A stretch of 63,465 nt of DNA, counting the filler, from Octopus bimaculoides (lineage: Eukaryota): NCBI RefSeq assembly GCF_001194135.2. It is 8 parts of 6 records of this genome, joined end to end, with 100 filler letters (N's around TTAATTAATTAA, not from the genome) between each part and the next. Parts side by side here need not be neighbours in the genome. Positions count along the whole stretch, not along the records: positions 32,389 to 44,143 come from NC_068985.1; positions 44,244 to 46,747 come from NC_069004.1; positions 46,848 to 54,178 come from NC_068985.1; 5 more parts are not named here. The stretch is one strand, 5' to 3'. This document shows positions 36,306 through 51,134 of this stretch, piece after piece (the stretch's first letter is position 1; every line of letters starts with the position of its first letter). Below the pieces are notes generated by a model. The model made no database searches. It was not told the DNA's origin and saw only the letters and a program-made list of their open reading frames with translations. Position numbers and translations under genes: made by a program.

Positions 36306-38551
36306 TACTTTCGTCATTATAATATGTCATTCAAGTTGGTTTGAAGGAGACTTAGCTATTATTTTTAGCAGATCATGTAACGACATAATAAAGTTCTGAA
36401 ATTTGTGGATATGTGTATGTGTATGTTAATAATAATTGTGGCAGCTTATGAATGCGAAAGGGAATTTCATTCATAATAATTTTCTCCACATCATTAAGGT
36501 AGTGTTTCAGTAAAATATGTTTGCCAAACTTCCTGAGACATAAAGAAAGCGGTAAATTATTATGATACTTACCTCAAAAGTAAATACTTTCATGGGGCAG
36601 AAAGAACTGCATTTAGTCAATCGCAATATGTTGATAGGAAATTTAACGGCTTCACTGAATGAAGGTTTTGGTCAATCTGTCACTATTTTCATTACCTTTC
36701 TCTTACCTTTCTCTTAAATTTTCATTACCTTTCTCAGCCTACGCGTTTTATCTTTTTCATTTCGTTACACAGACTGTTGTTGAATTTGAGAATAAAATAT
36801 TCATTGCCATTTTTCCTTGCTATGCGAGGAAAAAAACTTTCACTAAAAACAAAATTCGTATTTCCTTACATTTCAAATGTGGATTCAATGAATAAATTGA
36901 ATAATTCACTGTCTTTATTTATTTAATTATTTATTTTGTTTATTTATTTATTCATTTATTTACTTATTTATTCGTTCGTCAGATAAATTACTTGAAAATC
37001 ATCTTCATCTAGCAATAGCATGTGACAGACGGACAGACGAACGGCCAAAGAAACACGGCTCTTATTACAATATAAAATAGATTGTAACGTTACTGAAGAT
37101 CTGGTTTCTGGATTCGTTATTGCCATATCCTGTGTATTAACATCCAATAATTTCCTATCCGACTTTGTTTAACTGAAAACAGAATTCTTTTTTAAGCAAT
37201 ATGAAGAATTGTTCTATTTTTGTTATTTCTGTTATTTTAATTTTCGATTTAATTGAAAAACTCCATCCTTCTAAAATTATTAGCCTTGTGCCAAAATTTG
37301 AAATAATTACCCTTCTTTAATATGAAGAACGTAATCCAAGTGAGAGTTTTCAGTCCTGCTAGAAAAGGTTGCCAAATCATACCCAAATTTGGATGGATAT
37401 TATAGACCTGACTTCGCTACATATAGCGAAAAGTACTATTCTATATTTTAGTGGTGAGGAATTCTGTACATTATTTACATTATTTACATTTTTTAGTAAA
37501 AAAAAAAAATAATGTAAATAATATGTAACGAAAAGATAGAGTGGTTATGGTTGGAATGCCTTTAATCATAGAACTATTTGATAAGGATTGACATAGATTC
37601 TACAAAAACTAATACGACGATATTGTTATCTCTAAGGAGGTCAATTTTACTTTCGAGCACTTCACGAACAAATTTATAGAACCAGTCATGTATAGCGACC
37701 ATTGATACCTTTCTTTAGCTATATCTTTACCAAATAGTTTGTGACAGAATGACTGGGTACAGCATTTGTGGTGAAGGGGTCAAAGTTTTTCTAGCAAAGT
37801 GATTGCCCTTATGCTAATAAATTGGATACATTTTTCTGGATGTTGTCTCGAGAAACATTGTGTTACGAATGTATTGCACAACTCACAATGGCGTTAGTGT
37901 GTGCATGGACTTAGTAAAAATGAATGCTCACATCAATATTTATTTGACATTGTTACGTAAAGGTAATTGTAGGATGAAAGATAAGTGCTCTTGGATATTG
38001 GTGCCTCGAGTCTTAGGATTCTCAGGGCCGATTACCTGGTTTCTATTGCGTATAAGAAACAAAGATCAAGATATTACCTCTAAACTGGATACCAGTTTGT
38101 CACAGAATTACTCGTTTACTGTTTAGTGGACTTGTGTTCTTTTGTTCAAGAACACAATGCACCAGTCTAGGAGTCGAAACCAAACCTTTGCAATCGTGAA
38201 TGCAACACCTTAACGACTATGCCAGAGCCTTCACACCTACATATACTCATACGAAAATAACCCCCAAGCTATGGCATAAATAGTAATTCATAAAGTTACC
38301 AGACTCTTTAATACAAGATAACAAAACGTTGAGAGTGGACTAAACGGATTCTATTAACACTATTCTGATAGACGTTACTTTCTTTCTAAACGTTCTACAG
38401 CAACGATAATTTACCCATGCAGTGTATAAGCAGACGTACAGCTTGATTCGATTCGAGTCTGCGCATCATCATGATAGGGTCACATGGTCTTGATTGTGAG
38501 TGCCACATCCTAACCGCTAGATCATGCGCCTTCACAATTACTAGATGAAAA

Positions 38552-38775
38552 AGGCGGTGAGCTGGCAGAATCGTTAGCATGCTGGACGAAATGCTTAGTG
38601 GTAATTCACCCGCTGCTACGTTCTGAGTTCGAATTCCGCTGAGGTCGATTTTTTCCTTTCATCCCTTCGGGGTCGATAAATTAAGTACTAGTTGCGTACT
38701 GGGGTCGATCTAAACGACTGCGACCCCACTCACCCAAAATTTCGGGCCTTGTGCCGAGAGTAGAGAAGAATTACT
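38552..38775 (+). mobile_element. SINE family B copy
   Basis: AAGGCGGTGAGCTGGCAGAATCGTTAG ... GGGCCTTGTGCC. Confidence 0.85.
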
Positions 38776-39474
38776 GGACGAGGTAGACACGACAGGTTAG
38801 AATATCTTAATACGTCAAACAGAAAATAGGCGAACGTAATTTGATGTCTAGCTGTTTTATATTATAATATAACCNNNNNNNNNNNNNNNNNNNNNNNNNN
38901 NNNNNNNNNNNNNNNNNNNNNNNNNNNNNNNNNNNNNNNNNNNNNNNNNNNNNNNNNNNNNNNNNNNNNNNNNNNNNNNNNNNNNNNNNNNNNNNNNNNN
39001 NNNNNNNNNNNNNNNNNNNNNNNNNNNNNNNNNNNNNNNNNNNNNNNNNNNNNNNNNNNNNNNNNNNNNNNNNNNNNNNNNNNNNNNNNNNNNNNNNNNN
39101 NNNNNNNNNNNNNNNNNNNNNNNNNNNNNNNNNNNNNNNNNNNNNNNNNNNNNNNNNNNNNNNNNNNNNNNNNNNNNNNNNNNNNNNNNNNNNNNNNNNN
39201 NNNNNNNNNNNNNNNNNNNNNNNNNNNNNNNNNNNNNNNNNNNNNNNNNNNNNNNNNNNNNNNNNNNNNNNNNNNNNNNNNNNNNNNNNNNNNNNNNNAA
39301 CACAAAATAGATAAGTATACGAAGTTTGAAAGTCTTTCGGTACCAAAAACACTACGTAAAACATTAATGAAAAAGGTGGCCCCCGTTTTAAAATAGATCC
39401 CGACTAACCCCTCACCCCCAAATTTCTCGCCTTATGCTTATAATAGAAACGATTAATAACCGGGAGTTTGTTTT

Positions 39475-39695
39475 AAAGATGGTGAGCTGACATAATCGTT
39501 AGTACGCCGGTGGGGAAATACTTAGCGTTATTTCGTCTGTCTTTACTTCTGAGTTCAAATCCCCGCCGAGGTCGACGTTGCCTTTCATCCTTTCAGGGTC
39601 GATAAATTAAGTACTAGTTGCGTACTGGGGTCGATCTAAACGACTGCGACCCCACTCACCCAAAATTTCGGGCCTTGTGCCGAGAGTAGAGAAGA
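39475..39695 (+). mobile_element. SINE family B copy; 3' half and flank identical to the previous copy
   Basis: About 39596-39799 identical to about 38670-38874. Confidence 0.8.
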
Positions 39696-40179
39696 ATTAC
39701 TGGACGAGGTAGACACGACAGGTTAGAATATCTTAATACGTCAAACAGAAAATAGGCGAACGTAATTTGATGTCTAGCTGTTTTATATTATAATATAACC
39801 GAATAGGAAGGAGTTTAAACAGACAGTTATGATTGCTTTTATAATAATTTTATGTGTTCAAACGTTATAAAGCCTTGGCGAGTGTTGTATTTTTGTGTAT
39901 ATTATTTATAATAATTAATAATGATTTAATCGATGTTTTAACGATAGTATCAAATTTGTATACTGCATAATTTAAGTGAACGCTGTTTGATTAGGTCAAT
40001 ATTTATGTACATATTAATACTGCTATGGCTTTTAATTTCGTGTGAGATGAATATTAATATGCATTATGGTCTTCCGGAAGTGACTGGTAGAGTTAATGCG
40101 TAGTCATTTTTGAAGAGTAAATGATTGTTGAAGGGGAGATAAGTTAACTAATTATTCGTAAATATAACAGACCAATATA

Positions 40180-40394
40180 CAGGGTGTCCACAAAGACTGG
40201 GTAGATGGAGTAAATAAAATCATAACATAAACAATTAGATATAAGAAATAATAATTTCTTAAAGTATGTGTTAATCCCCATGTAGGTATATGATGGAGTA
40301 AATAAAATCATAACATAAACAATTAAATATAAGAAATAATAATTTCTTACAGTATGTCTTAATCCCCATGTACCCAGACTTTGTGGACACCCTG
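40180..40394. mobile_element. Tc1/mariner-type MITE, 215 bp
   Basis: 24-bp TIR CAGGGTGTCCACAAAGACTGGGTA (1 mismatch); TA on both sides; interior is an 81-bp unit twice. Confidence 0.9.
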
Positions 40395-40407
40395 TATATT
40401 TAACACT

Positions 40408-40615
40408 AAGGCGGTGAGTTGGGAGAATCATTAGCATGCAGAGAAAAATGATTAGCGGCATTTCGTCAATCTTCATGTTCTGAGTTCAAATTCCGCCTAG
40501 GTCGACTTTACCTTTGGAGTCGATAAAATAAGTACCAGTTGAACACAAGTGTCAATACGCTCGACTTACCCCTCCCCGCAAAATGCTAGCCTCATGCCAA
40601 CATTTGAAACCAACA
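40408..40615 (+). mobile_element. SINE family B copy
   Basis: AAGGCGGTGAGTTGGGAGAATCATTAG ... GCCAACATTTGAAACC. Confidence 0.85.
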
Positions 40616-40940
40616 TATATTTAACCCGAATGTATTCACTACTTATTCATTAACTTACTCAAATATAAAATAAACATATGCCTGCTTTGCTCATAGATAC
40701 ACAAATAAAAATACACCCACGATCGCAAGCATATGTAATGTTTTAATACACACATGTATGTACACGAAACTAAATGGAAACAGAAGAAAGATCTACCAGA
40801 GAATATTTTAAAAAATTTCAAATTACAGGGGAAGATTTATTTTTTCGACACGTAATAATCTTGTTCATCTATATATACTTCTGGGAAACCTGGTGCGCAC
40901 GTATGTACGTGTTGGTGTCTGTTTATCTATTTATCTAGTG

Positions 40941-41321
40941 GTTGGCACTCCGTCGGTTACGACGGCGAGGGTTCCACTTGATCCGATCAACGGAACAGCC
41001 TGCTCGTGAAATTAACGTGCAAGTGGCTGAGCACTCCACAGACACGTGTATCCTTAACGTAGTTCTCGGGGATATTCAGCGTGACACAGTGTGACAAGGT
41101 TGGCCCTTTGAATTACAGGCACAACAGAAACAGGAAGTAAGAGTGAGAGAAAGTTGTGGTGAAAGAGTACAGCAGGGTTCGCCACTATCTCCTGCCGGAG
41201 ACTTGTGAAACTTTAGGTATTTTCGCTCAATAACCACTCACAACGCCCGGTCTAGGAATCGAAACCGCTATCCTACGACCGCAAGTCCGCTGCCCTAACC
41301 ACTGGGCCATTGAGCCTCCAC
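40941..41321 (-). mobile_element. SINE family A, full length
   Basis: Reverse complement of 22272-22654; followed by (ATCT)n. Confidence 0.92.
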
Positions 41322-41378
<57 letters not shown>

Positions 41379-41409
41379 ATTATCAACCCCCATCTCTCTC
41401 TCGCTTTCT

Positions 41410-41447
<38 letters not shown>

Positions 41448-41699
41448 GGTATATATATATTTTTTTCATATATATTCACACAGACACATATATATATAAT
41501 TATATAATATTATAATTACATGTATGCAGTATATGTACATAAATCCACATAGTGTAGATGTATATTAGAGATAAAATATTTCGTGCAGAGGCATTAAAAA
41601 TCTAATTAGAAATAATTATACCGTAGCGAGGAGAAAAAACCAAGCAGAAGAATATTAAACGAAAATAGTTATTTCAGAAACAGCAGAGTTGGTGTGAGG

Positions 41700-41879
41700 A
41701 CAAGCACGACGATTAGAATGATGACAAACAAGACAACGAAAACGAAGAGGAGGACAAAGACGACGACAACGATGATGACGAATGCAAAGTCCATGATGTT
41801 GTCGACGCCGCCGACGAAGGTGTTGTTGTCAACAATGAGGACATTTCACAACGACGATGATGAAGATGACGACGACGAA

Positions 41880-41910
<31 letters not shown>

Positions 41911-41945
41911 GGGAAGACGACGATGACGATGATGACGACGAAAAC
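41700..41945. repeat. Degenerate (GAC/GAT/GCC)n trinucleotide low-complexity tract
   Basis: Direct reading. Confidence 0.85.
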
Positions 41946-42159
41946 GTCGCCTCAGCCTACGCCGACACCAACGCCTCCACTGGGGTGTTGCCCCAGCATA
42001 GCCGCAGTCCAACAAACGAACCAAGTAGTAGATAAAAGATAGATAATTATTGACCACCAAGTGTCCAGTGTCCATTCCCTTATCCTGTCACTTGTGTCTA
42101 TCCAATGTGCTGTCAAGTTCTACTACAAACAACTTTGTTATTAAGGATTAAGTAGGTTA

Positions 42160-42590
42160 ATCATCATCATCATCATCATCATCATCACATACCACCTGGT
42201 CTCAGCAGGTAGAAAGTAACAAGGGCCTCCACTCAGGTCTTTCCTTCACCTCTCTTATACATTCACCATAGTTAGGTCCTTGAGAAGTTCAGTTAGGTCC
42301 TTGATGTTATCAAACCAGTTTGTTCTAGAGATCTTCCTCTCGAACTTTTTTACTTTTAGTCCGTTCTTCTACTAAGAGCCTTTGTAAATGTTGAGCTCTT
42401 AATATGTTTTTTCCCTTTGTTTTTAATAGTTGAGAGTAAAGATCTTTTTTATCCTATTTGCTAGTAGCAGCACTTCTTCATTCGTTTTATGATTAGTCCA
42501 TATCTTTAACGTTCTTCTGTAGTGGGTACAACGAATGTTTATGCCTGCGGTATTAAAACACTGAAGTAGGATGAAATATGTGTCGAAAGT
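42160..42590 (-). mobile_element. RTE-like LINE 3' end with (GAT)n tail
   Basis: HYRRTLKIWTNHKTNEEVL (cf. YRRMLRI.WT...NEEVL), RTNWFDNIKD; (CAT)n on the plus strand. Confidence 0.75.
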
Positions 42591-42906
42591 TAAATTGCTG
42601 ATACACACATGCGCGCGCGCACTTACATAGGCATATATATATATATATNNNNNNNNNNNNNNNNNNNNNNNNNNNNNNNNNNNNNNNNNNNNNNNNNNNN
42701 NNNNNNNNNNNNNNNNNNNNNNNNNNNNNNNNNNNNNNNNNNNNNNNNNNNNNNNNNNNNNNNNNNNNNNNNNNNNNNNNNNNNNNNNNNNNNNNNNNNN
42801 NNNNNNNNNNNNNNNNNNNNNNNNNNNNNNNNNNNNNNNNNNNNNNNNNNNNNNNNNNNNNNNNNNNNNNNNNNNNNNNNNNNNNNNNNNNNNNNNNNNN
42901 NNNNNN

Positions 42907-43005
<99 letters not shown>

Positions 43006-44038
43006 TGTATGTATGTACGTATGTATCTATCTATATATATATACCTATATGCATACACACATACGCACACGCATACATACATGCATGCATACATACATAC
43101 ATACATACATACATACATACATACATACATACATTCGGATAGCTGATACCCGAAAAGGAACCTTGGAAAGCACACAAGGTATTTACCCAGATAATATTAA
43201 AATCACACACATTTAATGAGAAAAGTACGGGAGATAATTCCTAACATGCTTTTTTTTTTTTTTTTTTACTCTCGGTTAGAGAACCTTCCTGCTGAAGTAT
43301 TTACTCAACGAACAATTGAGTGAATATTCATAAACGCATGTTTATTAGCTCAAAGAATGTCGTTCAAAAAAAAACAAAACAAATCTGCGAGGCCATTTGA
43401 GCTGATAAATAACAATTAACTAAATGAAAGTAATATTTAATGACAAGAACATTAAATAGCTAAATGGCCACCACTCACCTCCTAATAAATTTCACCATTT
43501 ACACACACCTCCACACCTTTTGACCGGTATTCTCTCTGTCTATCTCACTCATTGTCCCTCTGTCTATGACTTCTATCATTCTCTTTCCTTTATATATATC
43601 TACCTATCTCTCTCGTTCCTATCTAACCCCCTTCCTATCTCTCTGTCTCTCTCGTTAAATATTGAATGTGCTCATATTACACATCGAGGACCGCCACTAA
43701 CTCTGTGCTAGATCTCCTTTACTCTGTCACGCCACCCTTCATACTTCCCAATGTCTCCTTGACTTAATGTTATTACCTCGTCTGAAGAGCGCGGGGGCCG
43801 TACTTATAACCTCTTCAGACAGTTTGTCCTTGGCTGCAGCGTAATACGAATAACCGTGTAGTGACAGTGTAATTTTAACTTTTATTAGGACACACACACA
43901 CGCAGGCACACACACACACACATACACACACATACACACGCATAATACACACATATACACACACTACACACTGGTGCATACGTATGTATGTATTTATGTA
44001 TGTGAGAGAGAGACAGAGAGAGAGTGTGTGGGGGGCGT

Positions 44039-44082
<44 letters not shown>

Positions 44083-44859
44083 GCATATATGTGTACATGT
44101 GTATATATAAATATATATATATACATATATGTGTATATATATANNNNNNNNNNNNNNNNNNNNNNNNNNNNNNNNNNNNNNNNNNNNTTAATTAATTAAN
44201 NNNNNNNNNNNNNNNNNNNNNNNNNNNNNNNNNNNNNNNNNNNATCGACCCCAGGACTTATTCTTATATATACAATTTAAAAATAGGATAAAATCTTTAT
44301 AAGAATTTATCAAGTAGTCAGAGTGAAAAACCTCATAAGGGAAAACATTATTAATTATTCCCTTTAAATATTAATGCCCTGAATATAAATATATATATAT
44401 GCACGATTTAGTCCCGATCAGATTTCTTCGAAAACTGAGGTATTACCGTATATGCATACATCCATAAAACTTAACACATGCGATTGGGTTGGTCAATGTT
44501 TTACAAACAATTACACATAGTTACTTTATGAACTGATATTTGATATAATCAAATTGATCGTGTATTAGCAGTCTTTAGATGGTGGTGGTGGTGGTCGTCG
44601 TCGTTGTGGTGAAGATGACAGTTGGTGTATGGAGGAGGAGGAGGAGGGGAGGAGAGTCTCTAGTATTTGGAGGGTGAGTCAGTGATGACTTTTAGATATA
44701 ACGAGAGTAAATGATTGGAGAGTTGGCAAGTTGCTATTGCTGTCGCTCCTTTAATTGTTCTGGTTTAGCTTTGGGTAAACCCTTATCGAGCAAGACCTAT
44801 GAACAAAAGAATACCAGTTTTTCATTATCCAATATACGTTTTCCTAATTGAAGATAGCT

Positions 44860-45280
44860 GAGTGTGATTTAAGGGAAGGAGCTAAGTCGATTCCATCGAC
44901 CATACTACTAGACTAAGACTCTCTATTCTTTCAAACCTGTTAGGCAAAGTTGACTTCAGTGGTATTTGAACTCAGAACTTAAAGAAACAGAACAAATACC
45001 GGAAGGCTCGACGCTCTAATAATTCAGCCAGCTTGCCGCCTTTTGCAGTCTAAATAATGATTTCAAATTTTGGCACGAGGTCAGCAATTTCGGGGGAGAG
45101 CTAAGTCAATAAAATCAACTCCAGTACTCAACTGGTACTTATTTTATCGATCTCAAAAGAAAAAAAGGCAATGTCGACCTAGGCGGAATTTGAACTCAGA
45201 ACATGAAGACGGACGAAATGCCGCGAAACATTTTGTCCGGTGTGTTAACAATTCTGATACCTCGATGCCTTTCGCATCTT
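44860..45280 (-). mobile_element. Two decayed SINE family B copies
   Basis: TTTGAACTCAGAAC motifs at about 44966 and 45190 with flanking family sequence. Confidence 0.75.
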
Positions 45281-46847
45281 AAATAATACCATAAATAACC
45301 ACTTATTCTTTGCGTTGTTACAAGGATGCAACATTACAATGACAAGATACAGAACAATGGGAAAGGGACATTCCAGAGACAGGTTAGAAAACGTGTTGGT
45401 GTTTACGGAGAAATCTGATGAAATAGAGAGAAAAAGAGCGATAGTATAGATATTTTTTTATAGGACTACGTCGGTTGAAAACTAACGATATATCTGTACC
45501 TCATATGTAGGTCTGGGTAAGAATTTTTGAGAAAGACTGACACTTGCTCACGCATGTATGTTCCACCTTTTCATGGCACCAATGTCCATCTAAGAAATCG
45601 TTACCGACTTTGTCTAATACAGCTTTGCACAAGCATTGCTTTCAAAACAAGCAAAATAATAAATTGGATCTACAATAGTATCTTATGGCTCTATGAAAAA
45701 CCTTTGCTTTGGATGTACTTATTGCAAGAAACAACTAGGTTTCTTCTCAAACGCTTTACTTAGCTCAACCTACACAAGTTCAGGTGTAGAAAAAATTGTA
45801 ATTTTGAAAAGAAGTATCTATAAAATTAGTTTTTAAGCATCGAATGGCGATGGGGGTCCACCAGAATAAAATAATAATCAAAAGGGTCCATAGGTAAAAA
45901 AAAAAAAAAAATGGTTGAGAAACACCGGGGAAAGGCCAGTCAGAGAATCTGATGGCGGATGTCTCATAGCACGACTTTTCAGCAGGTTACGGTAACTCTA
46001 ACCATCCGACATTCGCTTCTAAAACTAAGCACATGGATAAACATAGCAAGTATAAAAATAAAGTGAGACCAACCTGTTTTATAAAACCTGACCTCCAACA
46101 CAAAATCATATTGGTTTACTTATTGTGTATTTTGTAGAAGCGGGTGTTTGCACAGCCATTCACTCCTCGGTACCACACATACGCTTTGTAAATCCTGTTG
46201 CCTCATTTAAGTTCGCATTCACAATCATGTGGCTAATTTTTCTTACAATCAGCGGGAAGTTCATATCCAAAAGTTCAGTCTTTTTATTTTATATCTAGAA
46301 ACCTACTTCTTATTTTCTGATTTCTCTTTTCTTAGCTGAACACCCCCGCCCCCAAGATTCTGCAAAATTCTATCCACTATATTTAATTTCATTTACTATA
46401 TTTCAACCCAAGTTCGAAGACTCTTGCCTTGTTGCTCGTGAATCCACGGTACCAGATCGAACCTAGAACTTTCAATTATGTACAACTAATTTCCTCATAA
46501 ACCCCCTGCCTCTCTCTCTCACTCTCTCTCTCTCACTATCTCTCTCTCACTATCACTCTCTCTCTCTTTCTCTCTCTCTCTCACTCTCTCTCTCTCTCAC
46601 TCTCTCTCTCTCACACGCATGCATACACACAGCCCCCTCTCTCTCTCCCTATCACTCTCATTCTAACTCAGTATATATACTGAGGGTAATAAATTAAATA
46701 TTAATTTCAATTTAAAACCAGTGGTCTAGCATATAAAAAAATTTGATNNNNNNNNNNNNNNNNNNNNNNNNNNNNNNNNNNNNNNNNNNNNTTAATTAAT
46801 TAANNNNNNNNNNNNNNNNNNNNNNNNNNNNNNNNNNNNNNNNNNNN

Positions 46848-46879
<32 letters not shown>

Positions 46880-47389
46880 ATCCATTTCCTCTGAACAAAA
46901 GTAGGGTAACATGGCTTTTCAAAAAACTCGTTGGAGGTTATGAGAGATTTACATTACGTGATATTGCATTATAAATAAATTCATTTAATACGAAACTAAC
47001 ACTAAACTATGCAGAGTAAATATTTGCACGCATTAATTCAGTTACATTAGAAGTAAAAAGCAAAATATGGTAGTATATATAGGTTTACTTACGTGGTTTC
47101 AGTACTCTTAGGTTGTTCGGAATTGGTCAAGTTGAAGCATAAGTCATTACACTCCCTGAAAGAGTGAACATACAGAAGGTTATTCTTTCATAACTGTACA
47201 GGACCCTTGTACAGGACCCTTGTTGTGTATGATAAGGTATTTATAATTTGCTCATTAGATTTGCTTATGTAAATTATTGCCATTACGGTCACTATAAATA
47301 CTGTTGCTTTCAGTTGGATGTAAATTCTGAATTAAGGGGACGAGAGCATGTATAATCAATTAGATTAATTTCCAATGTATCCAATTCTA

Positions 47390-47582
47390 AAGGCAGCGAG
47401 CTAGCAGAATCGTTAGGACGCCGGGCAAAATGTATATCAGCACTCAAATTCCGCTGAGGTCAGTTTTGCCTTTATTCCTTCCGGTGTCAATAATATAATG
47501 TACCAGTTGAACATTGGGGTCGATGCAATCGATTTATCCCCTTCCTTGAAATTGCTAGCCTTATGCCAAAATTCGAAGCCAG
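47390..47582 (+). mobile_element. SINE family B copy
   Basis: AAGGCAGCGAGCTAGCAGAATCGTTAGG ... CCTTATGCCAAAATTCGAAGCC. Confidence 0.85.
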
Positions 47583-47674
47583 TATATCATATTCTGTTAT
47601 ACTATCGAAACGCCGGTATCTGAAGTACCAAATGTGAGACAGTCGGATAATCTACAGTCCTCTACATCTCTACC

Positions 47675-48057
47675 GTGGAGGCGCAAAGGCCCAGTGGTTA
47701 GGGCAGCGGACTTGCGGTCATAGGATCGCGGTTTCGATTCCCAGACCGGCCGTTGTGAGTGTTTATTGAGCGAAAACACCTAAAAGCTCCACGAGGCTTG
47801 GCAGGGAATGGTGGCGAACCCTGCTGTACTCTTTCACCACAAATTTCTCTCACTCTTTCTTCCTGTTTCTGCTGTGCCTGTAATTCAAAGGGTCAGCCTT
47901 GTCACACTGTGTCACGCTGAATATCCCCGAGAACTACGTTAAGAGTACACATGTCTGTGGAGTGCTCAGCCACTTGCACGTTAATTTCACGAGTAGGCTG
48001 TTCCGTTGATCGGATCAACTGGAACCCTTGACGTCGTAAACGACGGAGTGCCAACAA
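47675..48057 (+). mobile_element. SINE family A, full length
   Basis: 9-bp TSD ATCTCTACC (47666-47674, 48059-48067); A and B boxes present. Confidence 0.92.
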
Positions 48058-48169
48058 TATCTCTACCAAATCTTTCTCAGTATTCTGCTTCACACACATA
48101 TCTGCATTAAGTCCATATGTGTTACAGTTACCGTTTAATAGCTATGCTTTCAAAGTCAGTCAAATTTAG

Positions 48170-48380
48170 TGGCTTAAAAATACATCCCATTCCTTGATAG
48201 GATTGAAAGTCCGATACCTGAAACACATTCGTCTGATTAAGAGTATACTATGTGCCTCGATCATCGAAATGTAGTGTGTAGTAAATGTAGATTTATTCCG
48301 ACTTAACCCAGTGGCATTGTATTGAAGTATATTTACATTAAGAGAATTAAAAATATCCGAATTAGTAACTGACATGCTTA
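48170..48380 (-). mobile_element. LINE apurinic-endonuclease N-terminal fragment (I/Jockey-group-like)
   Basis: LNVNILQYNATGLSRNKS...ILLI (cf. ILQWN..GL..K...I.LIQET). Confidence 0.5.
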
Positions 48381-50029
48381 GCGGGAAAGATGGAATCCTG
48401 ACATTAGCATTGTGCTGTATAATGGCCTAGATCAGGGGCTGTCAAACATTGTGCCCGTGAGGTGGATCCAGGCCGTGGAAATACTTAATCCGACTTTAGA
48501 TAATATTTTAAAAAACTATTATTATTTCAATTTTAAACATTCTGTGAAATATATATCGGTAGATCTGATACACTTTTTACTGCGATTAACATCGGTTCTG
48601 GTTAGTTAAATCAGCGCACCTTGGAGAATCTTTTGTTATCTCAGCCAATGCTGAAAAAAAGTTTATGAACCATGAACTAAAAGCTTATAGACATGACGGA
48701 AGATATTCCTTTTTCTTCAAAATTACACGTCTTTATCTGAAAGGACTCTATAGCTATGAGTAATATTTAAAAGTCCTGCAACTAAAACAATGCAAGCTTT
48801 CTGACAATCATCGGTTTTCTCGAGAATTATATACATTCATTTGGATAGTTTTTGCTTCCGTTCTTATTCAAATGACTCTTGCTGATTACGATTATATACA
48901 CATAAATCATATCGATGAACTTTTCTCACACATTTTTGCACAATATTTTACTTAAACTTATTCTCCCCTTATATATTCTTAATAAATTCGCTATCATATA
49001 CATTGACCCTTTTATCTATTTACCTTGGTCTATTCAATGAATAGGGATTTGTGAGTAATTGTAACTATGGAGCCAATGAAATCTAGTTTATACTTCAATC
49101 AAGCCCGCAAGCTAGATGAGTTTAAACACTGTTGGCCTAGATATTTAACTCTCGGTTAGTCTTGATATAAAATGATCAAATGGAGTTGAGATTCCATTCA
49201 CCGTTACAAGCGTGAGTAGGTGTACTACATTACTGCTGAAAGGCTGAAAACAAATGTAAATGATGACATAATAAAAGAGGGCACAGACTTAATTGAAATG
49301 ATATTTACGAATTTCCAGATTTTAAGAACACACACACATTTGATACATCGATACACTGCCGACAATGTAATCAAAATATTCCCAAAGCATAACCACAATA
49401 AGCAATTTATTCATAATTGATTAAGGAATTTCGTGCATTCACCATTTATGACACACTCAAACCTCACATTACGTATTTCGTTGATTATTGCTGTTTTTTG
49501 CATGAATCCTTTCCTCGGTCACTCAATTTTTACCGCATCTTCCTCCATGGCTTAAACAATACTGTATCGTATATGCATACAGTGAACATCACATATGCAT
49601 CCTTCCACGCATGTCTTTAGAAATTTAGGTTGTAGATGCGTCAACACGGAGCTCTAAATTTATGACAATTTTCAAATTTGGGACACTGGTTATGTGCCAT
49701 ATTAGCTAGAAATTCCACAGGCTTCGCTACTGAGCTCGTTTAACATTATAATTTGGCCAAACTTATTACCATCGCCTAGTATTGGTGGTGGGGTGCATTT
49801 TGATAAAGAACTTAGTATACGCTTTCTGCTCGGCTTCTTTTAGTTATTAATCCTCTTGCATCTATCATATACGACCACACAGTAACACAGGGAAAGTTTA
49901 GTTACCTCAGCGCACCCAGTACAGTCTATTGCAAACTGTCGTAGTTATTTTACCTCTGCAATCACTCACGACCGCATCACCAGATACACTTAGCCTCTAC
50001 GCTTCCTGCAAGGTACCACCCAAGTCTCG

Positions 50030-50242
50030 GTTTCAAATTTTGGCACAAGTCCACCAAGTTCAAGGGACCGGGGAGTCGATTATATCGACACCAGTTGTCA
50101 GCTGGTCCTTATAATATCGACCCCGAAAGGATGAAAGGCAAAGTCGAACTCGACGAAATTTGAACCCAGAACGTAAGGATGGACTAAATGCCGCTTAGCG
50201 TTTGACCTGAGGTGCTAACGATTCTACAAGCTCGCCGCCCTT
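50030..50242 (-). mobile_element. SINE family B copy
   Basis: CGACCCCGAAAGGATGAAAGGCAAAGTCGA ... GCTCGCCGCC. Confidence 0.85.
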
Positions 50243-51134
50243 CATCAACTAAATATCGCCTGAAGTACTGCTCCTACATTGAATAAAATTAGCAACCTTT
50301 CTTCTCAGATTCAACCATTGGAAACTGATTGACAGCTGTGTCAATATGATGCATGATTATACTGCATGATATTTCAAATCACTTGAATATTTTCTCAATT
50401 GTATACGCAATCCGATAACTAGTTTCTCTCATACACATGCACATGCTCATTGCACATTCGCGTATAAAGCAGTTCATATTTTCGATTCTCTCGACAGGAA
50501 CCTAAGATTTATATTCTGCTTTTGTACCACATCTATCTTTTGATGTATGCCTTTTCGTATACTCATTAAAAAAATATATTTATATTCTAATTATGCTGTT
50601 CTTTATCAGAAGTAGTAAAAGCTCGTGGAAATTCTATCTGTGAAAATTTCGATTCATTTGTAGTGGATCTCGACTCGTTATTGTATTTTTCGAGTTATCA
50701 ACGTTTCATCCATTCTGGAGACAGAAAATTTAGTTCTGTTTGGTCATTTGCGACTTCTGTCTTATAGCCCGTCAACTTAACTCTTTAATATATGCTGAAA
50801 CAAGAGTTGAAACCATCTTTTGGGGACCAATGTTTAGGATTGACACTCCAGCTGAGAAATCATGCTTTGCTCTCGATCCATGGTTGGGAGGCTTACTGCA
50901 TCCGCCAGCGTCACTATGACAGCCCGACGTATTAGGCTTTCCTCAATACTACCGACACTCCTTCAACACCACTGCCACCTTCGTCAAACACAACCTAACG
51001 TATTCAATGGCTGTTGCCACTAACTGTCCAACCAGTCTGACCGTCATTATTACACACATGCAATCATGCAATTTCCTCATAAATAAGCTGCTCACACAGA
51101 TTATGCAGTTTCACATTTTTTTTTGCAGTAGATA

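Noticed and set aside
41694-42035. Acidic D/E/A-rich ORF resembling a biomineralisation or chaperone protein
   Set aside because: Degenerate GAC/GAT repeat; the acidic reading switches frame midway; no splice or start support
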